Source: Promethearchaeia archaeon (lineage in GTDB: Archaea > Asgardarchaeota > Lokiarchaeia > Sigyniarchaeales > SOKP01). From it: a stretch of 64,000 nt of DNA. The position numbers and the translations under genes were made by a program. The stretch is from positions 17,140-81,139 of the forward strand of contig JAHQWL010000096.1 of NCBI GenBank assembly GCA_029856155.1, read 5' to 3'. Under the pieces are notes generated by a model. The model saw nothing but the letters and a program-made list of their open reading frames with translations. It made no database searches and was not told where the DNA came from. This document shows, in pieces, positions 51,071-61,702 of the stretch (position 1 is its first letter; each line of letters opens with the position of its first letter).

Positions 51071-51152
51071 TAATATTTATTCTTATTTTTTTAATGGAAT
51101 AATAAAACTTATCTTATACGATTCATTTAAGACTTATTATAATTTAGAATTA

Positions 51153-51995
51153 ATGAAAGTCATGAGTCTTGAAGTTCTCGAAAAAAGTGAAAGGAAACTC
51201 ATATTTGTGGTAGATGGGATCTCTGTTGAAATGGCGAATGCTATTCGCAGAATTATAATTTCTGAGATACCAGTTATGGCTGTAGATGAGGTTATTATTT
51301 TAAAAAATGATTCACCTTTATACGATGAAATTATAGCCCATAGGCTTTCAATGATACCTTTAACTACCGATTTAGAAACATATAAACTTCCACGAGAGTG
51401 CGAATGCGAGGGATATGGGTGCCCTCTTTGTCAAGTTTCTTTAACATGTGAAGTTACTAACACAACCAATACACCCTTACAAATATATTCAGGAAATTTG
51501 AATTCAAACGATCCTAAAATTATTCCAGTTAATCCAAAGATTCCACTAGTAAAAATTGATAAAAATGATAAAGTAATAATCGAGGCGTATTCTATATTAG
51601 GAATAGCTAAAGATCATGTTAAATGGCAAGCAGTTTCAAATATTTTTTACAGATTTTATCCTGAAATAGATTTTGATAATAGTAAATGTACTAAATGCCC
51701 AGATAAATGTTTAGTGTCGAGAATGTGTCCTGAAAAATTATATGATTTCTCAAATAAAAAAACTCCTATGTTAGTAGAAGATTATTGGAAAACATGCACA
51801 TTATGCAATTCATGTCAAAATGAATGTCCAGAACAAGCTATAAAAGTAAGCTGGAAAGATAATACTTATATCTTCTCAATTGAAAGTGATGGAGTTCTTC
51901 CATTTGAGACAATTATCAAGAAAACATTTGAGATCTTCTTAGAAAAAATTGATGAATTTGTTGAAAAACTTGAGGGAGCGGAGATAGAATCATAA
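51153..51995 (+). CDS. rpoD: DNA-directed RNA polymerase subunit D (Rpo3)
   Basis: ANAIRR, N.S.LYDEIIAHRL..IPL, HVKW, ferredoxin-like insert, F.IESDG. Confidence 0.95.
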   Translation: MKVMSLEVLEKSERKLIFVVDGISVEMANAIRRIIISEIPVMAVDEVIILKNDSPLYDEIIAHRLSMIPLTTDLETYKLPRECECEGYGCPLCQVSLTCEVTNTTNTPLQIYSGNLNSNDPKIIPVNPKIPLVKIDKNDKVIIEAYSILGIAKDHVKWQAVSNIFYRFYPEIDFDNSKCTKCPDKCLVSRMCPEKLYDFSNKKTPMLVEDYWKTCTLCNSCQNECPEQAIKVSWKDNTYIFSIESDGVLPFETIIKKTFEIFLEKIDEFVEKLEGAEIES

Positions 51996-52050
51996 TTAAT
52001 CAAAAAATTATTAAAATATTATAAATTTAAGATATCAGATTAAATAAAAT

Positions 52051-52425
52051 ATGAGTAGTAGCTTTCTAATGTCTCATAAAGTAACTGGCCCAAGTAACTA
52101 TTATATCAGAAAACTCATAAGAGATTTGTGGAAATCCAAGATAAAAATATGGAAAAAAATCTCAAAAAAATTAAGTGGCCCTAGAAAAAATAGAATTAAA
52201 GCTAATTTATATCGCATTAATAAGAAGACAAATAAAGATGATGTCATCGTTATTCCTGGAAAAGTTTTAGGTTTAGGAGAATTAGAGCATACTCTTACTA
52301 TTGCATGTTTAGAATATTCAAAATCAGCGAAAAAAAAAATTGAATCTTCTGGAAGCACATTAGTATCGATTGAAGAATTATTAGAACAAAACCCTAAAGG
52401 TAGAGGGGTAAAAATATTTTATTGA
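52051..52425 (+). CDS. rpl18e: 50S ribosomal protein L18e
   Basis: NL.RI, VIPGKVLG.G, S.SA..KI...G; position after rpoD. Confidence 0.93.
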   Translation: MSSSFLMSHKVTGPSNYYIRKLIRDLWKSKIKIWKKISKKLSGPRKNRIKANLYRINKKTNKDDVIVIPGKVLGLGELEHTLTIACLEYSKSAKKKIESSGSTLVSIEELLEQNPKGRGVKIFY

Positions 52426-52459
52426 AATATCAAATAGAATATTTAGATGTGATGAAGTT

Positions 52460-52933
52460 ATGGTAATCGAATATCAATTATACAATGCTTCAAATAAAAT
52501 ACTCGGGCGTTTCTGTAGTCATATTGCTAAAAAGGCTTTATTAGGGGAATATATAGTAATTATTAATGCAAAAGATGCTATTATTAGTGGAACAAAAAGG
52601 GATATTCATGAAAAGTACTTAGCAAAACTTAATATTTCAACAGCAACCAATCCACGCAGAGGACCATTTCATGAAAGAAGACCAGATACTTTTATGAGAA
52701 GAGTTATAAAACAAATGCTACCGAGAAAGAAATTACGAGGAAAGGAGGCTCTTAAAAGAATTCATGTTTATATATCGGATATTCCAGAACGATTTAACAA
52801 TAGATATCAAAAATTAGTGCCTAATAATATTGATAATGTAGGGAAACAGAGACTTTCATATTATAACAGGTATATTACCTTAGAAGATTTATGCCAACGA
52901 ATTGGTTGGAAAAAAAATGAGATTGAGGTTTAA
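52460..52933 (+). CDS. rpl13: 50S ribosomal protein uL13
   Basis: ILGR..S.IAK, INA..A.ISG, RGPFH.RRPD, MLP. Confidence 0.93.
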   Translation: MVIEYQLYNASNKILGRFCSHIAKKALLGEYIVIINAKDAIISGTKRDIHEKYLAKLNISTATNPRRGPFHERRPDTFMRRVIKQMLPRKKLRGKEALKRIHVYISDIPERFNNRYQKLVPNNIDNVGKQRLSYYNRYITLEDLCQRIGWKKNEIEV

Positions 52934-52936
52934 TAA

Positions 52937-53347
52937 ATGTCGATGAAAGTAGTTCAGTCATCAGGAAAAAGAAAAGCTGCTATTGCTAGAGCTGTTTTAA
53001 GGCACCCTGCAAAAGGTCAAATAAAGATTAATAATATACCTTTAAATTTATATGAACCAGAAATAGCTCGATTAAGAATTCAAGAAGTCCTTGAAATAGT
53101 AAACCATCCAAAAGTTGAAAAATGCGATATTACAATTAGTGTGAAGGGTGGGGGAAAAAGTGGTCAAACTGATGCCGTACGTATGGCAATTGCTAAATCA
53201 ATATATAAATTAATTGGTACAAAAACAATTGAAAGGACTTTCAGAGAATATGATGATTCCTTATTGAGTGGAGATTCGAGAAGAACAGAGCCGAAGAAAT
53301 TCGGAGGGAAAAAAGCTAGAGCACGAAGACAAAAAAGTTTCAGATAG
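52937..53347 (+). CDS. rps9: 30S ribosomal protein uS9
   Basis: GKRK.AIARA, VKGGG..GQ..A.R.AIA, D.RR.EPKKFGG..ARAR.QKSFR. Confidence 0.96.
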   Translation: MSMKVVQSSGKRKAAIARAVLRHPAKGQIKINNIPLNLYEPEIARLRIQEVLEIVNHPKVEKCDITISVKGGGKSGQTDAVRMAIAKSIYKLIGTKTIERTFREYDDSLLSGDSRRTEPKKFGGKKARARRQKSFR

Positions 53348-53361
53348 ATTTTTAAAAAATT

Positions 53362-54678
53362 TTAAAGTATCTCAATTTGTACTCCTAATTCTTTTAAGTC
53401 TTCATAAAAGGTAGGATATGAATCTTTCACAATATTACTACTTTGAATATAAGAACTAGAATCCGCATATAAAGCTGCAATGCTGCAAGCCATTGCAATT
53501 CTGTGATCATTATTGTGATTGATCTTTGTTCCAACTAATTTATCACTATGAAAAATAGTCATCTTATCCTCTTCTTCAATAACTTTAACACCCATATTCT
53601 TTAGTTCTCGAGCCATAGCAGAGATTCTATCAGTTTCTTTTAATCGTAAATTAGAAGCATTATACAAAATTGTTTTTCCTTCTGCAAAAGCACCTATTAC
53701 AGATAAAATTGGAAATAAATCGGGGATATCAATACAGTTGATTTCAGTACCTTTTAACGGGTATTTATTTATATCTCCATTTACAATGACCCGATCTTTT
53801 TCTTCGTCAAAAATAATATTTGCTCCCATTTCCTTTAGGATCTCAAGGATTTTTTTATCTGGCTGGTAATTATTAAGGTTCAAGTTGTTCACAATCACAG
53901 ATGATGGTTTATGAGATAAAACCCCAGCTGCTAAAATAAATGCTGCCGAGGAAAAATCTCCAGGAATAGTATATGACTGTGATCTATAAGTTTGTTCATT
54001 TGTTATATAAAACTTTCCTGTTTCAAAATTAGCTTGAATATTAATTCCAAACAATTCTAATATATCTATAGTGATATCTATAAATGATTTAGAGGATAAT
54101 GCAGTAATTAATTCAATTTCAATAAAATCGTTATCTTTGCATTTTAATAAAGGACATAACATTAGCAAAGCAGTAATAAATTGCGAACTAATATCCCCGG
54201 GAATACTAATTTTATTACATAAAACTTTTTTTCGTCTGATTTTAAGTTTATCATCTTTTAATTTAAATTTTCCTCCAAGTTGTTCAAGCGCATTGAGGAG
54301 TGGAAGAATTGGTCGTTTAAGCTTAAAAAATTCTCCTTTTAAGGTTAAACCCTTCTCGATTAGTAAAGCTAAAGCGCTGAAAATTCTAATAGATGTTCCA
54401 GAATTTCTGCAGTCTATAGATTTTTTAGGAGATCTATAAGCGTCTTTATCGCGCTTAATGATATAAGTATTATCACTTTTTTTAAGAGTTCGAACACCTA
54501 ATAAGTGTAATATATTAATAGTAACTGCCACATCTCCAGACACTAAGGGATTTTTGATTATTGAAATACCATTAGCTAAACTTGCGGAAATAAATGCTCT
54601 ATGCGAATAGCTTTTGGATCCGGGCGCTGTGATTTCACCAGTTAAACCCCTTGTTATTGGGTTTATTTTAAGATTCAT
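53362..54678 (-). CDS. aroA: 3-phosphoshikimate 1-carboxyvinyltransferase (EPSP synthase)
   Basis: PGSKS.SHRA, NSGT, SSQF, GDFSSA, DLFP, LRLKETDRI, DHRIAMA. Confidence 0.94.
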   Translation of the reverse strand: MNLKINPITRGLTGEITAPGSKSYSHRAFISASLANGISIIKNPLVSGDVAVTINILHLLGVRTLKKSDNTYIIKRDKDAYRSPKKSIDCRNSGTSIRIFSALALLIEKGLTLKGEFFKLKRPILPLLNALEQLGGKFKLKDDKLKIRRKKVLCNKISIPGDISSQFITALLMLCPLLKCKDNDFIEIELITALSSKSFIDITIDILELFGINIQANFETGKFYITNEQTYRSQSYTIPGDFSSAAFILAAGVLSHKPSSVIVNNLNLNNYQPDKKILEILKEMGANIIFDEEKDRVIVNGDINKYPLKGTEINCIDIPDLFPILSVIGAFAEGKTILYNASNLRLKETDRISAMARELKNMGVKVIEEEDKMTIFHSDKLVGTKINHNNDHRIAMACSIAALYADSSSYIQSSNIVKDSYPTFYEDLKELGVQIEIL

Positions 54679-54768
54679 TAAATAATAAATAGAAATTTAT
54701 AGATATAATATTAATTAAATAATCATGTAAACCTATTTTTTAATAAAACCGTAGAAAATCTTAAAATT

Positions 54769-55875
54769 ATGGATAATACCTTTGGTACTATATTTAGAAT
54801 AACATCCTTTGGTGAAAGTCATGGAGAAATAGTGGGAATTATTTTAGATGGTGTACCAGCGGGATTGAATTTCGATTTAGATTTTATTCAAAACGAGCTT
54901 AATAGAAGAAAACCCGGTCAATCATTCGTAACTACTAATCGTCTAGAGCAGGATCGCGTTAGAGTTTTATCTGGTATTTTCAATAATAAAACCACCGGAG
55001 CACCAATTTGTCTATTAATTGAAAATAAAGACATAGATTCATCAATATATACAAAATATAAAAATTATTTAAGGCCTTCACATGTAGATTATACCGCATT
55101 AACGAAATATGGGGGATTTTCCGATTTTCGAGGATCTGGGCGATTTTCTGGAAGAATTACAGCTGGATTTGTGATGGCAGGTGCGGTAGCAAAACAAATT
55201 TTAGAAAAATATGATATTTTTATATTCGCATACACAAAAAGTATTGGAAATATAAGAGACGAAGAAAATTATCTTTTAGGTGAGATTAAAAACTTACATG
55301 AAATAAGGGAGAAATCTCTTGTAAGATCTATTAACCCAGAGAAGGCAAAGTTAATGGAAGAATTAATTGAGAAGGTTAAAAATCAAAAGGATTCTATGGG
55401 AGGAACTATAAAATGCATAGTGTTTAATTTTCCTAAAGGAAAAGGGGGCCCAATTTTTAATAGTCTCGAGTCAAGGATTAGCAAAGCAATTTTTGCAATT
55501 CCCGCGATAAAGGGGATAGAGTTTGGTGCTGGATTTAAAGCAAGTACTATGAAAGGTTCTGAACATAATGACCCATGGATTCTTAAGGATGGAAGAATCC
55601 AAACAAGTAAAAATGATGCTGGTGGAATAATCGGTGGAATCTCAACAGGAATGCCGATTGAATTTACAGTTGCAGTTAAACCAACTGCTTCGATAGGTAT
55701 TCCTCAGAAAACAGTTAATATTGAAAAAATGGAGAACGTAGAAGTAGAATTTTCTGGTCGTCATGATCCATGTATAGTGCCTAGGATTGTTTCAGTAATA
55801 GAAGCTATGACTGCGAACGTTTTACTTGATTGTTTATTAATTGAAGGATATATTCCCCGGATTATAGATTTTTAA
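54769..55875 (+). CDS. aroC: Chorismate synthase
   Basis: FGESHG, RPSH.DY, SGR.TA, GGI.GGIS.G, KPT.SI, GRHDPC. Confidence 0.96.
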   Translation: MDNTFGTIFRITSFGESHGEIVGIILDGVPAGLNFDLDFIQNELNRRKPGQSFVTTNRLEQDRVRVLSGIFNNKTTGAPICLLIENKDIDSSIYTKYKNYLRPSHVDYTALTKYGGFSDFRGSGRFSGRITAGFVMAGAVAKQILEKYDIFIFAYTKSIGNIRDEENYLLGEIKNLHEIREKSLVRSINPEKAKLMEELIEKVKNQKDSMGGTIKCIVFNFPKGKGGPIFNSLESRISKAIFAIPAIKGIEFGAGFKASTMKGSEHNDPWILKDGRIQTSKNDAGGIIGGISTGMPIEFTVAVKPTASIGIPQKTVNIEKMENVEVEFSGRHDPCIVPRIVSVIEAMTANVLLDCLLIEGYIPRIIDF

Positions 55876-55975
55876 AAGAAAAGGATAACCATTGTTAGTG
55901 TGATCCACGTGAAAATCTAAAATAAATGTTAAAAAGTATTAATAATAATTAGTGTATAATAAGAAGTGAATTAGC

Positions 55976-56221
55976 ATGAATGTATCCCTACAAGAAAAAT
56001 TTATTAATGATATAATAAAAATAATAGACAGATGGTCTTTTGAGCAATGTGCTTTTTGTGAAGATGGTATAATGGTATCAATTGAAGGAATGGTTGACTT
56101 TAAATGCAGTAAATGTGGACGCACCATGAATCCTCTTAATTATTTAGGACAAATTGCTAAAATAGTTTTTAATTTTAGAGACCAAAACCCAAATCTCAAT
56201 GTAGATAATGAGAGTGAATAA
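55976..56221 (+). CDS. Small zinc-ribbon protein
   Basis: CAFC-x14-CSKCG. Confidence 0.65.
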   Translation: MNVSLQEKFINDIIKIIDRWSFEQCAFCEDGIMVSIEGMVDFKCSKCGRTMNPLNYLGQIAKIVFNFRDQNPNLNVDNESE

Positions 56222-56318
56222 TCACTTCTTTAATTAGGAAATAATTAATTAAATTAGGTATTAAATATTATCAAATTCAATTCTTCAAATTATTAATTTG
56301 AACTAATGGGTTCTTATA

Positions 56319-57743
56319 ATGAATACGTTAGTTACGGCTGTTTTATTAGGAGCAGGAAGGAGAGGATTTCATGTCTATGGAAGTTATGCTATAAAAAATA
56401 AGGAAAAAATAAAATTTGTAGCTGTAGCAGAACCTATTAGATCAAGACGTGAAAATTTTGCAAAATTACATAATATCCCTTCTAGTAGATGTTATGAAAG
56501 CTGGGAAGATTTACTTTCTGAAAAAAAACTTGCGGATCTTATCTTTATTTGTACTCAAGACCAAATGCACACAGAACCTACTTTAATAGCATTAGACAAA
56601 GGATATCATGTTATGTTAGAAAAACCTATGGCACATAGATTAGTTGATTGCATTAAAATTGTTAAGAAAGCAGAGGAAACAGACAGAATTTTAGGAGTGA
56701 GTCATGTTTTAAGATATACTGAATTTTTTTTAACAATTTTCAACATAATTAAGAAGGGATTGCTCGGAGATATTGTTAATATTTCACAGCGAGAAAATAT
56801 TTCATGGTATCACATGGCACACAGTTATGTTCGAGGACCATGGGCTAATGTAGAAAAATCTTCACCAATGATTTTAGCGAAAGCTTGCCATGATTTAGAT
56901 TTATTGTACTGGATGGTAGGTTCTGTTCCCAAAAAGATAAGTTCTTTTGGCAACTTATTATATTTTAAATCTGAGAAAGCACCTCCAGGAGCTCCAAAAT
57001 TTTGTTTAAATGGATGTCCTGTAAAAAATACATGTAAATATTACGCTCCAAGGACATATATTGATATAATTCCAATAATTCAAATTATGCTAAAAGGAAA
57101 AAATAGAATATATAAATTTTTAGGTAAGTTAAGAAAGGATCATATCAAGCTATTAACTTTCTTCGCTAAAATAATACCCCCTTTTAAAAGATTGAGATAT
57201 TGGAGTGAATGGCCCGTTTATTATATATATTCAGGACAAGAAGAAGATTATTCAGACGAAGCGAAATTAAAAATTCTTAAAAATAGTCAATATGGTAGAT
57301 GTGTCTATTATTGTAATAATAATGTAGTTGATCACCAAGTAGTTAATATTGAGTTTGAAAATGGTGTTACAGCTAATTTTACAATGCATGGATTTAGTGA
57401 GAGAGAAGGTAGAACTCTAAGAATTGATGGAACAGAAGGAACTCTGATAGGAGAATTTCACGATTCTAATAAAACTTTAACCTTATATAATCATTTTTCA
57501 GGAGAAAAACAAACTATTTTAAAGCAAAAATTATCACTCAGCACATCTGAGCATGGTGGGGGAGACCCAAAATTAATTGATGCTTTTCTCGAATCATTAA
57601 GAAACCCTAAAATCGTTCAACCCTTAACAAATGCTAGAGAATGCCTTGAAAGTCATTTAATGGCGTTTGCTGCTAATGAATCTCGAATAAAAGGAACTGT
57701 GATTGATATGGATGACTTTCGCAAGAAATCAAACAATATTTGA
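56319..57743 (+). CDS. Gfo/Idh/MocA family oxidoreductase
   Basis: LLGAGRRG, LEKPMA, HSYVRG.W, AKACHDLD, YGRCVY.C, HGGGD. Confidence 0.92.
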   Translation: MNTLVTAVLLGAGRRGFHVYGSYAIKNKEKIKFVAVAEPIRSRRENFAKLHNIPSSRCYESWEDLLSEKKLADLIFICTQDQMHTEPTLIALDKGYHVMLEKPMAHRLVDCIKIVKKAEETDRILGVSHVLRYTEFFLTIFNIIKKGLLGDIVNISQRENISWYHMAHSYVRGPWANVEKSSPMILAKACHDLDLLYWMVGSVPKKISSFGNLLYFKSEKAPPGAPKFCLNGCPVKNTCKYYAPRTYIDIIPIIQIMLKGKNRIYKFLGKLRKDHIKLLTFFAKIIPPFKRLRYWSEWPVYYIYSGQEEDYSDEAKLKILKNSQYGRCVYYCNNNVVDHQVVNIEFENGVTANFTMHGFSEREGRTLRIDGTEGTLIGEFHDSNKTLTLYNHFSGEKQTILKQKLSLSTSEHGGGDPKLIDAFLESLRNPKIVQPLTNARECLESHLMAFAANESRIKGTVIDMDDFRKKSNNI

Positions 57744-57857
57744 ATATATTACTAAAAATAAATGATAAAAAAGTGAAAAAGAATATAGATAATTTATTAT
57801 TATTAATATCATAAAATATCTTATAATTAAAACTAAATTTTGGATAGTTAGAATAGA

Positions 57858-58085
57858 ATGGATAAAAAAATAGACACTTCTCAACAATTTATCGAATTCT
57901 ATAAAAAAAAAGGGGATTATCTAGTATCCCTTTCAGAAAATCATTTCAAGAACATCGAATATCGTAAATGCCTTGAATTATTAAATCAAGCATATGGAAT
58001 GTATATGAAGGGAAATTACATAGAACTTGCTGAAAAAACAAAACAAAGATTCTTAGAAATCAAAGGAAAATACTTTAAAAAATAA
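57858..58085 (+). CDS. Small helical (TPR/MIT-like hairpin) hypothetical protein
   Basis: 75 aa ATG ORF of amphipathic helices. Confidence 0.6.
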   Translation: MDKKIDTSQQFIEFYKKKGDYLVSLSENHFKNIEYRKCLELLNQAYGMYMKGNYIELAEKTKQRFLEIKGKYFKK

Positions 58086-58091
58086 GAAAAA

Positions 58092-58586
58092 CTAATCAAA
58101 ATCTAAAGTATTACTTAGCCTACACTCAATATCTTCAATATGAGAACCTTTCCAATATAATTTTTTACATTGAAGATTTAAACATTGATAAAATTCATCA
58201 TAATTATTGTATGTTTCTTCTAAAACAAGTTTTTTTATCGAATTCTTTTTTTCCACTCTTTGTAGCGGTGAATTACAAATTGAACATCTCGCTCGTTTAA
58301 GATTAAATTTAAAATTTAAACCAAACAATTTATTGAGTTGCTTTAAGTAGTTGTATATACCTTCTCCCTTGAGAAAAATACTGTTCTCTTTGTAATGCTT
58401 ATATAAAGCGTAATCTTTTGTAATAATAATCCTTCCATTTCTTTTAGCATAATCTATTAAACCTTCATCTGGAACTGGATCCAGTTGAAAAAAGTTGATT
58501 AAATCATTAGCATAAATTGTGTCAAAACCAAATATTCTTAGAAATCGCGTTAACTTGCCTAACATTGCATCAGTTAAAAATTTCAT
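58092..58586 (-). CDS. Mut7-C (PIN-like) RNase domain protein
   Basis: KFLTDAMLGKL.RFLR..G.DT, IITKD, RCSICN, C...CKKLYWKGSH. Confidence 0.9.
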   Translation of the reverse strand: MKFLTDAMLGKLTRFLRIFGFDTIYANDLINFFQLDPVPDEGLIDYAKRNGRIIITKDYALYKHYKENSIFLKGEGIYNYLKQLNKLFGLNFKFNLKRARCSICNSPLQRVEKKNSIKKLVLEETYNNYDEFYQCLNLQCKKLYWKGSHIEDIECRLSNTLDFD

Positions 58587-58860
58587 GTTAATGATGATAA
58601 GTTTTTATATGGAATATTAAGATAAATATATTTAATTCATCTAATAAATTTTTATGACTTATTTTTTGACGGATTATTTAATTCTGTTGAAATTTTTGAC
58701 TAATTTCTTTCATTCTTCCTTAAATTATTAGTTTAGTTTCATATTATAAATACCTTTTTTATATATATAATAGTATATTTAACGACAGCAAGATTATAAT
58801 GATCATAATCTAACATAATTATACTGAGATTTAATCAAAATAAAAGCTATATTGGTTTAA

Positions 58861-59388
58861 ATGGAAGCTAAGGAGTTAATGGAAAAAGCTGCTAGATTTC
58901 ATGGTCATATTTGTCCCGGGTTAGTGATTGGTGTTCTTGCTTCCAAATATGTTTTAGAGAACGGTTATAAATATTCTCCAAATGAAGAGTTAGTTGCTGT
59001 CATCGAGAACGATAATTGTAGCGTTGATGCACTCCAAGTGATTTTGGGTACAACATATGGGAAGGGGAATCTTGTTCATCAAGATTATGGGAAGAATAAT
59101 TATTCCTTTTATGATAGAAGGACCCAAAAAAGTATAAAATTAGCAATAAAAAACAAGGAATTTGCTAATAAAAAGTTAACAAGAGATGAAAAAATTCAGT
59201 TTTTGCTGAACTCAAAACCAGAAGATATATTTAATATTGATAAAATTCAATTTAATCCTCCAGAATTAGCTCAAATTGAGGAGTCTGTTCTATGTGAGAT
59301 ATGTGGTGAACCCACCATGAGTAGCCGACTTATGACATATAATAATTCTGATATGTGTGTTCCTTGTTATAAAAAATTGAGAGGATAG
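58861..59388 (+). CDS. FmdE/FwdE family protein with C-terminal Zn finger
   Basis: FHGHICPG, END.C.VDALQ..LG.T.GKGNL, CEICGE...CVPC. Confidence 0.9.
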   Translation: MEAKELMEKAARFHGHICPGLVIGVLASKYVLENGYKYSPNEELVAVIENDNCSVDALQVILGTTYGKGNLVHQDYGKNNYSFYDRRTQKSIKLAIKNKEFANKKLTRDEKIQFLLNSKPEDIFNIDKIQFNPPELAQIEESVLCEICGEPTMSSRLMTYNNSDMCVPCYKKLRG

Positions 59389-59486
59389 ATGAAAATAAAA
59401 TATTTTCAAGCCATATATTCCATAGTAGAATTCTCAAAAAATCTTCTAATATGTGAAGATTCTGATTGTTTTTTGGTATTTAATAC

Positions 59487-60272
59487 ATGATAATGAAGTG
59501 CATCAAGATGGGTAGTCAAACAACGATGATAATGAATGGTGCCGGTCCTTTTTTTTTTGAAGGAAATAAGGTTGGAATTCTAATGATACATGGTGGTGGT
59601 GGTGGAACGTGTGCAGATTTAAAGCCTTTAGCAGAAGATTTGCATACAAAAGGAGGGTATACTGTCAAAGTTCCCTTGCTTCCTGGATTTGGAACTACAC
59701 CTGAAGATTTAAAAAACACTCATATTAATGAATGGAAATCTGCATTGGAGGAAGAAATAAAGATTATGAGAGATAAATGTGAAAAGATTATAGTAGGAGG
59801 CCATTCAATGGGGGGTATTTTAACTTTAATACTAGCAGCAAATCATAACTTAGATGGAATTTTTACAATTAGTGCACCTGTAGGAATTCAATCATTTCTA
59901 TTTAATCTAGTTCCAATATTTAAAATTTTTGTGAAATATCACAGCGTTTCATCAGAACAATTCAGAAAAGATACAGATGGAAAATGGGTTGGTTATGATA
60001 AGATTCCTATAAATATTGCGATCAAAGTAAAATATATGTTGAAAGAGATGAAAAAATTATTACCTCGAGTGAATTGCCCAGTATTACTATTTCAAGGTCG
60101 TTTAGATTCTGATATTAAAAAAAATAGTATGGATTATATTTTTAGCAAAATTAGTGCAAAAAATAAGAAGAAAATTTGGTTAGAGCGTAATGGTCATCCA
60201 ATATTAGACAGCCCAGATCATAATGAAATCGTTTCAGAACTTTTTAATTTTATTCAAGATATTTGTCCTTAA
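59487..60272 (+). CDS. Alpha/beta-hydrolase carboxylesterase
   Basis: P.LPG.GT, nucleophile elbow GHSMGG, QG..D, H near the C-terminus; true start may be a downstream ATG. Confidence 0.88.
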   Translation: MIMKCIKMGSQTTMIMNGAGPFFFEGNKVGILMIHGGGGGTCADLKPLAEDLHTKGGYTVKVPLLPGFGTTPEDLKNTHINEWKSALEEEIKIMRDKCEKIIVGGHSMGGILTLILAANHNLDGIFTISAPVGIQSFLFNLVPIFKIFVKYHSVSSEQFRKDTDGKWVGYDKIPINIAIKVKYMLKEMKKLLPRVNCPVLLFQGRLDSDIKKNSMDYIFSKISAKNKKKIWLERNGHPILDSPDHNEIVSELFNFIQDICP

Positions 60273-60460
60273 ATTATATATTTATAAATAAATTACTAAA
60301 AATATCGAGAAGTAGACTCTAGTAATTTTAAAAAATTAAAATTATGAATGATATATACTTAATAGATAAGATTTCGGAATATTTTTTCGTTATTTTTATG
60401 AATGAACAAGAAATTCTATTAGAGAAATTGAAGGAAATTGTGATTTTATAATACTTTTAA

Positions 60461-61702
60461 ATGAAAGAGGAAGATTCTATGATTAAGAATATAAATGAAG
60501 GTCATACTTTATTAACAAAAGGTCCAGCAAGAATAACTTTATTAGAAGGAAAAATTGATGTATTTGGCAAGATATTTCTTCCAGATAAGAAGAATACACC
60601 ACCAAATTCAACAGATGAAAATGTTTTAATTGTCCCTAGTGCTCAAATTTATCCCCTATATGCGATAGATACTTCAAAATTAGAAATATATACTAGTTTT
60701 GAAGATAATCTTAAAGAAATCGAAGAAAATTCGATCTCTGAAAAGTGGATTGAAATTAAAGATTCAATAATAAAAGAAATGAACCAGAATGTTAATAAAC
60801 CTTTAAAAATAATGGTTTTAGGAACCAGTAGTGGAAAAACGACCTTTATCAAATATCTAGCAAATAATTTTCTTAAAGAAGAACTAAAAGGGGGATATCT
60901 TGATTCAGATTTAGGGCAACAAATTATATATATTCCCACAACAATTAATATTGGCACAATTGAAGATTACATCATTTCAAGTGAAAATATTAATTCCGAG
61001 AAAACAGTTTTTATTGGTGCCACTTTCCCTAAAGGAGATAATAAATTTGTTGTCTCTCTTTCCTGTAAGAATTTAATTTATGATTACGTTGCGAAATATA
61101 AAGATGTCGATTTTATATTAATTGACACCGATGGTTGGATAAAAACCGAAGCGGGGATTCTCTATAAAAATTTTTTTATTAATACTGTAGATCCAGATGT
61201 TTTAATAGTATTTCATGATGATACAATTGAAGAATTAGAAATCATAGAGAAGACCTCCTCGAGTTCAAGAAAAGATAGAAAAATATATTTAATTAAAGAG
61301 GTGAATAAATACTTCTATGAAAAAGACAAGGATGAGAGACGATTTTTACGCCAAAGTCAATTTTCTAAAAAGTTTGAAGAGTTTAGGAAAATATCAATTC
61401 CTCTAGATAATATGAAATTTATAAAAACAGAATATGATAAAGAAAAGGATCAAATTATCGAAAAAGAAATAGATATCAACGATTTAGTTAATCTCCCTTA
61501 CCATTATGTAATAATAGGTTTAATGACTGAAAAGTCAGAGTTGTTAGAAGTAGGACTTCTATTTACAGTAAATATTGAAAAAAATTATATTTTATTATTT
61601 TCAAACTTTAACTACAAAGAACAGCTCAAAATAAAGAAGATCTTTCTTGGAAGTCTTCGTTTATCAACTAAAGGAAATCATCAAGGATATTTGTATCTCT
61701 AA
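60461..61702 (+). CDS. Clp1/Grc3/Nol9-family polynucleotide 5'-kinase-like protein
   Basis: N-terminal GPARI...G.IDVFG, GTSSGKTT, DSDLGQ..I..PT, IDTDGW, ER...R lid. Confidence 0.85.
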   Translation: MKEEDSMIKNINEGHTLLTKGPARITLLEGKIDVFGKIFLPDKKNTPPNSTDENVLIVPSAQIYPLYAIDTSKLEIYTSFEDNLKEIEENSISEKWIEIKDSIIKEMNQNVNKPLKIMVLGTSSGKTTFIKYLANNFLKEELKGGYLDSDLGQQIIYIPTTINIGTIEDYIISSENINSEKTVFIGATFPKGDNKFVVSLSCKNLIYDYVAKYKDVDFILIDTDGWIKTEAGILYKNFFINTVDPDVLIVFHDDTIEELEIIEKTSSSSRKDRKIYLIKEVNKYFYEKDKDERRFLRQSQFSKKFEEFRKISIPLDNMKFIKTEYDKEKDQIIEKEIDINDLVNLPYHYVIIGLMTEKSELLEVGLLFTVNIEKNYILLFSNFNYKEQLKIKKIFLGSLRLSTKGNHQGYLYL

